DNA of 64,000 bases from the NCBI GenBank assembly GCA_965205265.1, contig CBDBGH010000003.1, positions 1,760,001 to 1,824,000 of the forward strand. The letters run 5' to 3'. The DNA is from Alphaproteobacteria bacterium. Lineage in GTDB: Bacteria > Pseudomonadota > Alphaproteobacteria > Bin95. Shown here in pieces: positions 53,073 through 61,789 of this stretch (positions are counted from its first letter, which is position 1; every line of letters starts with the position of its first letter). Position numbers and translations under genes: made by a program. The notes beneath the pieces were generated by a model. It saw nothing but the letters and a program-made list of their open reading frames with translations, was not told the origin of the DNA and did no database searches.

Positions 53073-54230
53073 ATGCCCGCGCCGCTTCGCTTCGGAATCT
53101 TCCTCGCTCCGTTTCACCCGGTGAACGAGAACCCGACCGCCTGCCTCGACCGGGACATGGAACTGATCGAGCATCTCGACCGGCTGGGCTACCACGAGGT
53201 CTGGGTCGGCGAGCACCATTCCGGCGGGTTCGAGATCATCGCCTGTCCGGAGATGTTCATCGCCGCCGCCGCCGAGCGGACCCGCCATATCAGGCTCGGC
53301 ACCGGCGTCGTCTCGCTGCCCTACCACCACCCCTTCGCGCTGGCGGACCGGATGGTGCAGCTGGACCATATGACGAAGGGGCGCGCCATGTTCGGCGTGG
53401 GGCCGGGCGCGCTCGCCGGCGACGCCTTCCGCATGGGGATCGACCCGCGCGAGCAGCGCCGCATGATGAACGAGGCCCTCGACGTGCTGATGGCGCTGCT
53501 GCGGGGCGAGCGCATCTCGATGAAGACGGACTGGTTCGAGCTCCGCGAGGCGCAGCTCCAGATGCCGAACTACAGCTGGCCGCATATGGAAATGGCGGTG
53601 GCCTGCGCGCGCTCGCCGGCGGGCGGGCTGGCGGCGGGCCGGCACGGGCTCGGCATGCTCTCCATCGGCGGCACCTCGCCCGAAGCCCTGGAGGCGCATG
53701 CGAACAACTGGAAGCTTTGCGAGCGGGCGGCGGCCGAGAACGGCAAGGCGGTGGACCGCCGGAACTGGCGCATCGTCACGCTCGCCCATATCGCCGAGAC
53801 GCGCGAGCAGGCCTACCGGAATGTCGAATTCGGCCTGGAGCTCTGGGCGCAGTATTTCCGCGAGATCGCGACCTTCCCGATCGTGCCGCCGGAGATCGAC
53901 GACCCGATCGCCTTTCTGACGGAGAACCGGATGGCGGTCATCGGCACGCCCGACGACATGATCGAGCATATCGAGCTCCTGCAGGAAGGCTCCGGCGGGT
54001 TCGGCGCCTTCCTGGAGCTCGCGCACAACTGGGCCGACTTCCCCGCGACCAGGCGCCATTTCGAGCTGGTGCAGCGCTATGTGATGCCGCATTTCCACGG
54101 CTCGAACGCGCTCCGGCGCGAGTCCTACGACTACAGTCACGAGAACCGGGACCTCTTCGTCGGCACGGCCGCCGAAGCCATCGCCGCCGAAATCGCAAAG
54201 GAAGAGGCCCGCAAAGCTGCAGCGGAGTGA
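53073..54230 (+). CDS. LLM-class flavin-dependent monooxygenase (limonene 1,2-monooxygenase-like)
   Basis: RFGIFLAPFHP, WVGEHHSGG.E, LGTGVVSLPYHHP, FGVGPGAL, LELAHNWA. Confidence 0.9.
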   Translation: MPAPLRFGIFLAPFHPVNENPTACLDRDMELIEHLDRLGYHEVWVGEHHSGGFEIIACPEMFIAAAAERTRHIRLGTGVVSLPYHHPFALADRMVQLDHMTKGRAMFGVGPGALAGDAFRMGIDPREQRRMMNEALDVLMALLRGERISMKTDWFELREAQLQMPNYSWPHMEMAVACARSPAGGLAAGRHGLGMLSIGGTSPEALEAHANNWKLCERAAAENGKAVDRRNWRIVTLAHIAETREQAYRNVEFGLELWAQYFREIATFPIVPPEIDDPIAFLTENRMAVIGTPDDMIEHIELLQEGSGGFGAFLELAHNWADFPATRRHFELVQRYVMPHFHGSNALRRESYDYSHENRDLFVGTAAEAIAAEIAKEEARKAAAE

Positions 54231-54240
54231 GGCGCGGCGG

Positions 54241-55362
54241 ATGGGCAGAAAGCACGAGAACTACAGGGAAGATGTGCCCGGCAGGGCGAATGTCGCGGAC
54301 ACGCCGGAACTGCTGGCCTATTACGACGAACTCGACAGGCTCGACGCCGGCGCGCTCTGGACGGTCGCCAACAGGATCGAGCCGTGGGAGCCCGTCTCGC
54401 AGTCCGTCCCGGTCGTCTGGCGTTACCGCGCGCTGCGCAGCCATGTCCTGCGCTCGCTCGACCTCGTGACGCCCGAAGAGGCGGGCCGGCGGGTCGTCTA
54501 TCTCAACAATCCCGGCCGCCGGGACGTGGCGGCGGCGGTGGGCTGGATCTATGCCGGGCTGCAGGCGATGAAGCCGGGCGAAGCCGCGAGCGCGCACCGC
54601 CATTCGGCCTCCGCGATCCGCTTCATCATGGAGGGCGAGGGCGCCTACACGGTCGTGGACGGGCACAAGATGACGCTCGGCCGGAACGACTTCGTGCTGA
54701 CCCCGAACGGCACCTGGCATGAGCACGGGGTCGAGGCGGCGGGAAGCACCTGCATCTGGCAGGACGGCCTGGACATCCCCTTCGTCAACGCCATGGAGGC
54801 GAATTTCTACGAGGTGCATCCGAACCTCGCCCAGGCCGTCGCCTTCGAGGTGGACGACGTGACCAGGTCCTGGGGCAATCCCGGGCTCACCCCGGCGGGC
54901 GGCGCCTGGACCGAGGGCTATTCGCCCCTGTTCAAATATGAGTGGTCGGCGACCTATGAGGCGCTCTGCAACTACGCCGGATGCACGGACGGCTCGCCAC
55001 ATGACGGCGTGCTGATGGAGTATGTCAACCCGGCGACCAACGGGCCCGTGATGCAGACGATGGGCGCCAGCATGCAGATGCTGCGGCCGGGCGAGCGCAC
55101 GGAAGCGCACCGCCATACCGGCAGCTTCCTCTATCATGTCGCAAAGGGAAGCGGCCATTCGGTCATAGACGGCAGGCGCTACGACTGGTCCGAGCGCGAC
55201 ATCTTCTGCGTGCCGTCCTGGGCCTGGCACGAGCATGCCAACGCCTCCGAGACCGAAGACGCCTGCCTGTTCTGCCTCTCGGACCTGCCGGTCATGCGCG
55301 CCCTCGGCCTCTACCGCGAACAGGCCTTCGGCGACAATGGCGGCCGGCAGCCGCTGGTTTGA
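54241..55362 (+). CDS. Bicupin ring-cleaving dioxygenase, gentisate 1,2-dioxygenase family
   Basis: RRVVYLNNPG, AHRHSASAIRFIMEGEG, TPNGTWHEH, WQDGLDIP; second cupin AHRHTGS..VPSWAWHEH. Confidence 0.9.
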   Translation: MGRKHENYREDVPGRANVADTPELLAYYDELDRLDAGALWTVANRIEPWEPVSQSVPVVWRYRALRSHVLRSLDLVTPEEAGRRVVYLNNPGRRDVAAAVGWIYAGLQAMKPGEAASAHRHSASAIRFIMEGEGAYTVVDGHKMTLGRNDFVLTPNGTWHEHGVEAAGSTCIWQDGLDIPFVNAMEANFYEVHPNLAQAVAFEVDDVTRSWGNPGLTPAGGAWTEGYSPLFKYEWSATYEALCNYAGCTDGSPHDGVLMEYVNPATNGPVMQTMGASMQMLRPGERTEAHRHTGSFLYHVAKGSGHSVIDGRRYDWSERDIFCVPSWAWHEHANASETEDACLFCLSDLPVMRALGLYREQAFGDNGGRQPLV

Positions 55363-55472
55363 GATGTCGTCGATGAGGTTCATCTTCCCGGCCGGGCCCG
55401 AGAGGCGGTAACGGAATGAGGGGCCGCAGGGGAGGGGCGGGAGGATCGCGAAAAGGCGGCGTGAACGGCCCG

Positions 55473-57568
55473 ATGGGGGTAACGACCCGAACCGCGGCGC
55501 TCGCCATGCTCCGGACTGCGCTGGACGATCCGGCGGCATCGTTTCGCCCCGGCCAGTGGGAAGCCATCGACGCATTGGCGAATCGTCGGGAACGTCTGCT
55601 GGTCGTGGAACGGACCGGCTGGGGCAAGAGCGCCGTCTATTTCGTGGCCACGCGGATTCTCCGGAACAGGGGCTACGGCCCGGCGCTCATCGTGTCGCCC
55701 TTGCTGGCGCTGATGCGGAACCAGATCGAGGCTGCCGAAAGGCTCGGTATCCGGGCAGAGACGATCAATTCCGCGAACAAGGATGAATGGCCGCAACTGC
55801 AACAGGCTGTGCGGAGCGGCGGAGTCGATGCGCTCCTGATCTCGCCGGAACGCCTTGCCAATGAAGATTTCGTCAACGATGTGCTGATGCCGATTGCCGG
55901 AAATATCGGGCTGCTGGTCGTTGACGAGGCCCACTGCATCTCGGACTGGGGACACGATTTCCGTCCCGACTACCGGCGCCTGGTCAACATTCTCCGGTCT
56001 ATGCCCGACAATGTGCCCGTCGTCGGCACGACCGCCACGGCGAACGACCGGGTCATCGCGGATGTCCAGGCCCAACTCGGCAACGTAAACGTCCAGCGCG
56101 GTCCGTTGATGAGGCAGTCGCTCACCCTCCAGACGATGCGCGGCCATCCCAGTCCATCCGCCTTGCATGGCTGGCGGAGCATCTAAAGGACCTGCCCGGC
56201 ACCGGGATCGTCTACACACTGACGAAGCGCGATGCGGACCGGGTCTCCGCCTGGCTGAACCGGAACGGCATAGCCGCCAAGCCGTATTACAGCGGCGTGA
56301 CCGGCAACGGTTTCGCGGACAGCAATGCCTACAGACAGCACCTCGAAGACCTTCTGCTGGGGAACGGGATCAAGGCGCTGGTCGCGACGACGGCGCTCGG
56401 CATGGGCTACGACAAGCCCGATCTCGGTTTCGTCGTCCACTACCAGGCGCCCGGCTCGATCATCGCCTACTACCAGCAGGTAGGCCGCGCCGGGCGGGCA
56501 ATCGACCATGCCGTTTGCGTCCTGATGTCCGGCCGGGAAGACGACGACATACATGACTGGTTCCGCAGCAGCGCCTTTCCCGACGAGCAATGGGTCGAGT
56601 CCATCCTGAAGGTTCTGGCACAGGGCGAGGGGATGTCCCTCAGCCAACTCGAAGAGGCGGTCAATCTGCGGCACGGGCAAATCGAGCAGGCGCTGAAGTT
56701 TCTTTCGATGGAGGCTCCGGCCCCGGTATTCCGCAACGGGGCGAAATGGCATCGAACACCTGTTCATTACCGCATGGACCTTGAGCGCATCCGGCGGTTG
56801 ACGGCTCAGCGCAGGGTTGAATGGAACGAAGTGGGCTCCTTTCTGGACGAGTCCGGCTGCCTGATGGAATTCCTGGCCCGCGCTCTCGACGACAAAAATC
56901 CTCAGCCTTGCGGGAAATGCGCCAACTGCCTCGGCCGCCCCATCGTCAAACGCTCCTACAAGCCTCGCCTGGAAGAGGACGCAATACGTTTCCTGCGCCG
57001 GTCCGAAACCGATCTCAGATGCAAGAAACGGGTCGCGCCGGACGCCTTCGTCCAATACGGATTCGAAGGAAGGCTTACTGACGAACTGCAAGCCGAGAAG
57101 GGGCGCGCCCTGTCGCGCTGGAACGACACGGGCTGGGGAGAACTGGTCGCGGAAGGCAAGCGTCGGGGCAGGTTCGACGACGATCTGGTCGCTGCTACGG
57201 CCGAAATGGTCCGGGGCCGCTGGCGGCCGATGCCGGGGCCGGCATGGATAACCTGCGTGCCCTCCAGGAACCGGCCGGAACTGGTGCCGGATTTCGCCGC
57301 CCGGCTCGCGGAAAAGCTCGGGCTGCCATTTCTGCCGCTGGTCGAGAAGGCGGAGGACAACGAGCCGCAGAAGCTCCAGCAGAACAGGTTCCATCAGTGC
57401 CGCAATCTCGACGGCGTCTTCACGGTGGTCGGCAAGCCGTCTGCGGAACCGGTCCTGCTTGTAGACGATGTCGTGGATTCGGCGTGGACGATGACGGTCG
57501 TGGCGGCGCTGCTCCGACAGGCTGGCAGCGGCCCCGTGTGGCCGCTGGCCCTGGCAACGGCCCGGTAG
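55473..57568 (+). pseudogene. RecQ-like helicase fused to a C-terminal PRTase (RqlH-like), frameshifted near 56142
   Basis: Frame A: RTGWGKS, SPLLALMRNQ, VVDEAHCISDWGHDFRPDY, TATAN. Frame B from 56144: PSQSIRLAWLAEHL..GIVYTLT, ATTALGMGYDKPD, QQVGRAGR, CGKCANC, LLVDDVVDSAWT. One base appears missing (real or sequencing error). Confidence 0.88.
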
Positions 57569-57578
57569 GAGCGCGGCC

Positions 57579-59033
57579 ATGCTGCTGACACCCCAATCCC
57601 AGGCAGTGCTGCTCCTCAACATCTCCCTCGGGAAGTCGGACTCCGGCGGCGGCAAGCCGCTCGCCCGGGGGGAGTGGGCGCGGTTTGCCGCCTGGCTGCA
57701 CGACAACGGGCTGGAGCCGTCCGTCCTGCTCAAGGGAGACCTCGACGCGCTTCTCGAGGGCTGGGAGGACAGGACCGTAACGCGGGAGCGGCTGCGTGCG
57801 CTGTTGAACCGGGGCGCGGCGCTCGGCCTGTCGCTGGAACGATGGGAGCGCGCCGGGCTCTGGGTGCTGACCCGCTCCGATACCGACTATCCGGAGCGCC
57901 TGAAACGGCGTCTCGGCAGGTCGGCCCCCGCCGTTCTCTTCGGTTGCGGGAACAGGACGCTGCTCGGGCGCGGCGGCATCGCAGTCGTCGGCTCCCGGAA
58001 TGCCGGCGAGGACGACCTCGCCTTCGCCCTCAAGCTCGGCGCCGACGCCGCCGCAGAGGGATATTCGCTGGTCTCGGGCGGCGCGCGCGGGGTCGACAGG
58101 CATGCGATGCAGGGCGCGCTGGAGCGGGAGGGTACGGCGCTCGGCGTTCTGGCGGACAGCCTTCTGCGCTCCGCCATGGCGGCCGATTACCGCCGATACA
58201 TCCTCTCCGGCGATCTGGCGCTCGTCTCCCCCTTCAATCCGGAAGCGCGCTTCCATGTCGGCAATGCGATGGCGCGCAACGCCAGCATCTATTGCCTCGC
58301 CGATGCCGCAGTCGTGGTTTGCAGCGAAACCGGCAAGGGAGGCACCTGGACCGGCGCCGTCGAAAACCTGAAAAACGGCTGGGTTCCCCTCGGGGTAAAG
58401 CCCGATAGTCCGCCGGGTTCCGGCAATGTCGAACTCGTTGGGAAAGGCGCCAGGCGGTTCGAGCCCGGCCCGTTCTCGCAATTGATGGCCGACGCGCCTC
58501 CGGCCGGCCCCCTCTTCGGGAAAGAGCCGGAGCCTTTCGCGCCCGAGCCGCCCGGACACGGAACGCTTGCGGAGGCGGCGCCTCCGCCGTTCGGCGAACC
58601 GCTGCAGGCGGATGACGGCCTCTACGTGCTCTTCGTCGCCCGCACGGCCGCACTGACGGCGGAGAAGCCCGTCGGCATGCAACACATCGCGGAATGCCTC
58701 GGATTGAAGAAGCCGCAAGTGGAAGACTGGCTGCAACGCGCGTTGAACGAAGGCCGGGCCGGGAAAACGCGCAGGGGGCAATACAGCATGGCGCCATACG
58801 CACCCGGCAGCCCGGCGTGCGGAGACTTGTATGCGCTGTTCCTCGACAAGGCGGCAAGCATCGCTTCGCGCGCGGCCATGTCCATCGACCACATCTCCGG
58901 GCAGCTTGGATTGAAAAGGAGCCAGGCGGGAGAATGGCTGAAGCGCGCGGCGGCGGAGGGGCGCATGGTGCGCATGGAGAAGCCCGTCAGATACCGGGCC
59001 GCCGAAGCCACGCTGTTCGGAAACAACGCCTGA
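57579..59033 (+). CDS. DprA/Smf-domain protein (RqlI-like) with two C-terminal winged-helix repeats
   Basis: YPERLKRRL..APAVLFGCG, IAVVGSRN, VSGGARGVD, AMARN, KGGTWTGA; 10 bp after the helicase stop. Confidence 0.9.
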   Translation: MLLTPQSQAVLLLNISLGKSDSGGGKPLARGEWARFAAWLHDNGLEPSVLLKGDLDALLEGWEDRTVTRERLRALLNRGAALGLSLERWERAGLWVLTRSDTDYPERLKRRLGRSAPAVLFGCGNRTLLGRGGIAVVGSRNAGEDDLAFALKLGADAAAEGYSLVSGGARGVDRHAMQGALEREGTALGVLADSLLRSAMAADYRRYILSGDLALVSPFNPEARFHVGNAMARNASIYCLADAAVVVCSETGKGGTWTGAVENLKNGWVPLGVKPDSPPGSGNVELVGKGARRFEPGPFSQLMADAPPAGPLFGKEPEPFAPEPPGHGTLAEAAPPPFGEPLQADDGLYVLFVARTAALTAEKPVGMQHIAECLGLKKPQVEDWLQRALNEGRAGKTRRGQYSMAPYAPGSPACGDLYALFLDKAASIASRAAMSIDHISGQLGLKRSQAGEWLKRAAAEGRMVRMEKPVRYRAAEATLFGNNA

Positions 59034-59045
59034 CCGGCCTGCGCC

Positions 59046-59774
59046 TCACCGCAGCAGGCCGTAGAGCCCGACGCAGAGAAGGAGGCCGAGGGCGGTGCGG
59101 CGGTAGAGCGCCTCGCTCGACCGGCGGAAGAGCCGCGATCCGATCCAGGCTCCGGCCATGAACACGGGCAGCAGGACGGCCGCGGTCAGGAACGCCCTGC
59201 CGTCGATCAGCCCGGCCGCCGCCATCATGGCGATCAGCGCGACCAGCGTGACCGCGAAATAGCCGGTGAAATTCGCCCGGTTGGTCGCCGCCGCATCCCG
59301 GCTGGACAGCAGGTAGGCCATGACCGGCGGGTTGCCGAGGCTGGTGGACGCCATCAACACGCCCGACAACGCGCCCACGCCGAGCGTCGCCCAGAGCTTC
59401 TTCCCGCCCTCATAGCGCCACCCCGCCATCAGCAGGACCGAGAACGCCACCACGACCAGCGCGATCCCCCGCGCGATCAGGTCGGGGTCCAGCGAGACGA
59501 GGAGCCAGCTTCCGACGGGCATCAGGCAGGCGGCCGCGGCCCCCATCGGGGCGATGACCTTCCAGTCGATCTCGCGGCGCACGCCGGGGAGCAGCTGGCC
59601 GGTGACGACGATTTCCATGAGGACGATGACCGCAACGGTCTGCACCGGGCCGAACAGGATGGCGAAGACCGGCGCCATCAGCATGCCGGACCCCACGCCC
59701 GCAAAGCCCCGCATCAGCCCGGCCGCGGCCGCAACGCCCAGGGCAACGAACAACTCGGGAGACAGGAAGTCCAT
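59046..59774 (-). CDS. TauE/SafE family sulfite exporter
   Basis: AGLMRGFAGVGSG, ~8 TM segments, LGNPPV, NRAN. Confidence 0.88.
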   Translation of the reverse strand: MDFLSPELFVALGVAAAAGLMRGFAGVGSGMLMAPVFAILFGPVQTVAVIVLMEIVVTGQLLPGVRREIDWKVIAPMGAAAACLMPVGSWLLVSLDPDLIARGIALVVVAFSVLLMAGWRYEGGKKLWATLGVGALSGVLMASTSLGNPPVMAYLLSSRDAAATNRANFTGYFAVTLVALIAMMAAAGLIDGRAFLTAAVLLPVFMAGAWIGSRLFRRSSEALYRRTALGLLLCVGLYGLLR

Positions 59775-59848
59775 CGTTCAGCGCATCTCCGTCCGGACCC
59801 GTCCGCTCCTCGCTGCGGGGGCGGACCGCCGGCCGCCTTCCGCCGTCG

Positions 59849-60304
59849 TTATACCGGGCCGGCGGCGGCGCTTGCGATGCGCCTGCCGGCTTCAGGGTCG
59901 GCGATGTGCCAGACCTCCGCCCCCGACCGGTCCCGCGCCGCGTCGCATAATCGGCGGTCGGCCGTCACCAACGGCGCCTCCTCGACCTCCGCACAGGCGA
60001 GATAGAGGCAATCGTAAACCGGATGGTCGATCCGCATGGCAATAGCGGCGGCGTGGAAAACGAGTTCCGCAGCCGGGGTCAACGCCACGAAGTCGCCCAA
60101 GCGGTCGAGTTCCAGAAGGTAGGGTTGCGCGTCCGCCGCTTCCCGGCGCCGGGCCTTCTTCCAGATCACGTTGGCGGCTTCGATCAGTATGAAATCCGGG
60201 GCATGCAGCACGATCCCGTGGGCGAGCAGTTGCCGCGCCTCGACGGTTCCGTCCTCGGCAAACAACCATTTGACCGCGACGCTGGCGTCGACGACCGCCT
60301 TCAA
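59849..60304 (-). CDS. vapC: VapC-family PIN toxin
   Basis: VVDASVAVKW, EAANVIWK, HPVYDCLYLACA, LVTADRRL. Confidence 0.92.
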   Translation of the reverse strand: MKAVVDASVAVKWLFAEDGTVEARQLLAHGIVLHAPDFILIEAANVIWKKARRREAADAQPYLLELDRLGDFVALTPAAELVFHAAAIAMRIDHPVYDCLYLACAEVEEAPLVTADRRLCDAARDRSGAEVWHIADPEAGRRIASAAAGPV

Positions 60305-60537
60305 CGGTCCCGGTCCTCGCGCAGGAGGAGGGTGCTGTCCGTCTGGGGGCGGTCGGCGGTGAGGGCGGCGAGGCGCGCGGTGCGCTCACGGAAGTCTTCG
60401 AGGCGGGCGCGGCGCAACGCCTGTTGGGCGAGAAGGTGGCGCACTTCGCCTTCGAGCGAGCGCTGGTTCGCCTTCGCCTGGGCCTTCAGGGCGGCAACCA
60501 GCTTGTCATCGACATTGCGCACGGTGATGGTGGCCAC
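60301..60537 (-). CDS. FitA-like ribbon-helix-helix antitoxin
   Basis: (V)ATITVRNVDDKLVAALKAQAKANQRSLEGEVRHLL...DSTLLLREDRDR; overlaps the toxin start by 4 bp. Confidence 0.9.
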   Translation of the reverse strand: MATITVRNVDDKLVAALKAQAKANQRSLEGEVRHLLAQQALRRARLEDFRERTARLAALTADRPQTDSTLLLREDRDR

Positions 60538-60567
60538 GATTGGACCTCCCGCCTGTGAACGGCAATC

Positions 60568-60586
60568 TGCTAGCATAATGCTTGCA
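60568..60586. promoter_or_regulatory. Probable RHH antitoxin operator
   Basis: TGCTAGCA-N3-TGCTTGCA palindromic octamers ~30 bp upstream of the antitoxin, resembling FitAB TGCTATCA boxes. Confidence 0.55.
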
Positions 60587-60744
60587 ATCATGCAAGGTTA
60601 GCCGGACCGACGAGAGTTCCGAATGCAGCGCGGCGAACGAGCGGGCGGATCCGTTTCCCCTGCTCATACCGTCTCCCGCCGCCTACAGGCGCCGGCCGTC
60701 CCGCGGTGAAGAGGCCGCTCGGTAACCCATCAGCAGCCCCGCCG

Positions 60745-61179
60745 TCATCCGCGCCGGGCCGCCGAGCGTTTCCGGCGGAGTTGGGCGACGCGGCGGCCGG
60801 GGCGGCGTTCGCGCTCCAGGCCGTAGCGCTTCAGGAAGCGCTGTACCGTGGAGGTCCCGAACACGGCGCCCTCGGCGGCCAGCCGGTCGCGCAGCGCGCG
60901 GACGCTGAGCGAGGGCCGCCGCTCCAGAATGCGGAAAATCTGCTCCCGCTCCGCCTCGACCCGCCAGGACTGTAGATCGCCGCCCCTTGCATCGGCCCGC
61001 AGATCGCCGCGTTCGCGCCAGCGTTCCACCCAGCGGGCGACGCTGCTGCGGCTCACATCGAACTGCCGGCCAGCGGCCGCCAGGCTCATCCCCTTCTCCA
61101 GCACCGCCGTGACCGCCAGGCGGCGCAGGTCCTCGCCATACGCCTTCCCCCGCAGATACGCTTCCCTCGTGTCCGTCAT
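60745..61179 (-). CDS. Orphan IS630-transposase-derived HTH protein (2), no DDE domain
   Basis: GKAYGEDLRR..GMSLAAAGRQFDVSRSSVARW..G.LR..RGGD..WRVEAEREQIF..STVQRFLKRYG; strong GGGAGGAG RBS; no orfB. Confidence 0.8.
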   Translation of the reverse strand: MTDTREAYLRGKAYGEDLRRLAVTAVLEKGMSLAAAGRQFDVSRSSVARWVERWRERGDLRADARGGDLQSWRVEAEREQIFRILERRPSLSVRALRDRLAAEGAVFGTSTVQRFLKRYGLERERRPGRRVAQLRRKRSAARRG

Positions 61180-61581
61180 CGCTCCTCCCCGGCCGCGCCG
61201 CGGCTCCGCTTCGTTTCCGCCCGCTTCGGTCGGCACAGGAACGCGGCTCCGGCCCCGGCTTCGCCGCCCCGCCGGCAGCGCCCCGCCGACAGCGCCGCGC
61301 GGGCGGAATTGCAGCAGGCCGCTCGGTATGCATGCGGCCGAGGCGCGCACCTCCCCTGTCCGGCCCCGAGGCCGATTTCGCCCTTCGAAATCCCGAGTAG
61401 CGCCACAATGCGGCCCATGCCGCAGGCGCTCAGCATCGTCAGGTCATTTGCCTGATTGTTCCTGTTTTATACATTTATGGGGCAAGTATAAGGATTTTAT
61501 ACCCTTATAAATCCCTATTCAGGAAAAAAGGGCTTATGCCAACGGTCGTTGATCGGAACCCATGTAGGCCGTTGCCGGAAA

Positions 61582-61712
61582 CTCCTCTCCCGCTTGCGGG
61601 GGAGCCGGGTGGGGGGCCGCTTTCGCGCCAGCGGAAGCGGCGGGCGAAGCCCGGCAAAGGCCCGTCACGCCGGGAGGCCCTCCCCCAACCCCTCCCGCCA
61701 AGCGGGAGGGGA
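61582..61712. repeat. REP/MITE-like element with ~37-bp imperfect terminal inverted repeats
   Basis: CTCCTCTCCCGCTTGCGGGGGAG.. / ..CCCTCCCGCCAAGCGGGAGGGGAG; each arm is itself a hairpin; resembles the widespread CCCTCTCCC..GGGAGAGGG repeat. Confidence 0.7.
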
Positions 61713-61789
61713 GCGCAACAAGCCGCCGCCGAGCATGAGTTCCGCTCAGCGCACCTTCGTATTATTCGGGAAAACATGGACGCAACCCG

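Noticed and set aside
55363-55472. Possible gene remnant (minus strand FRYRLSGPAGKMNLIDDIS) at the left edge of the helicase module
   Set aside because: Too short to assign; no recognisable motif.
56130-56190. Programmed ribosomal frameshift in the RecQ-PRTase gene
   Set aside because: No slippery heptamer or homopolymer at the shift point; a 1-bp deletion or sequencing error is simpler.
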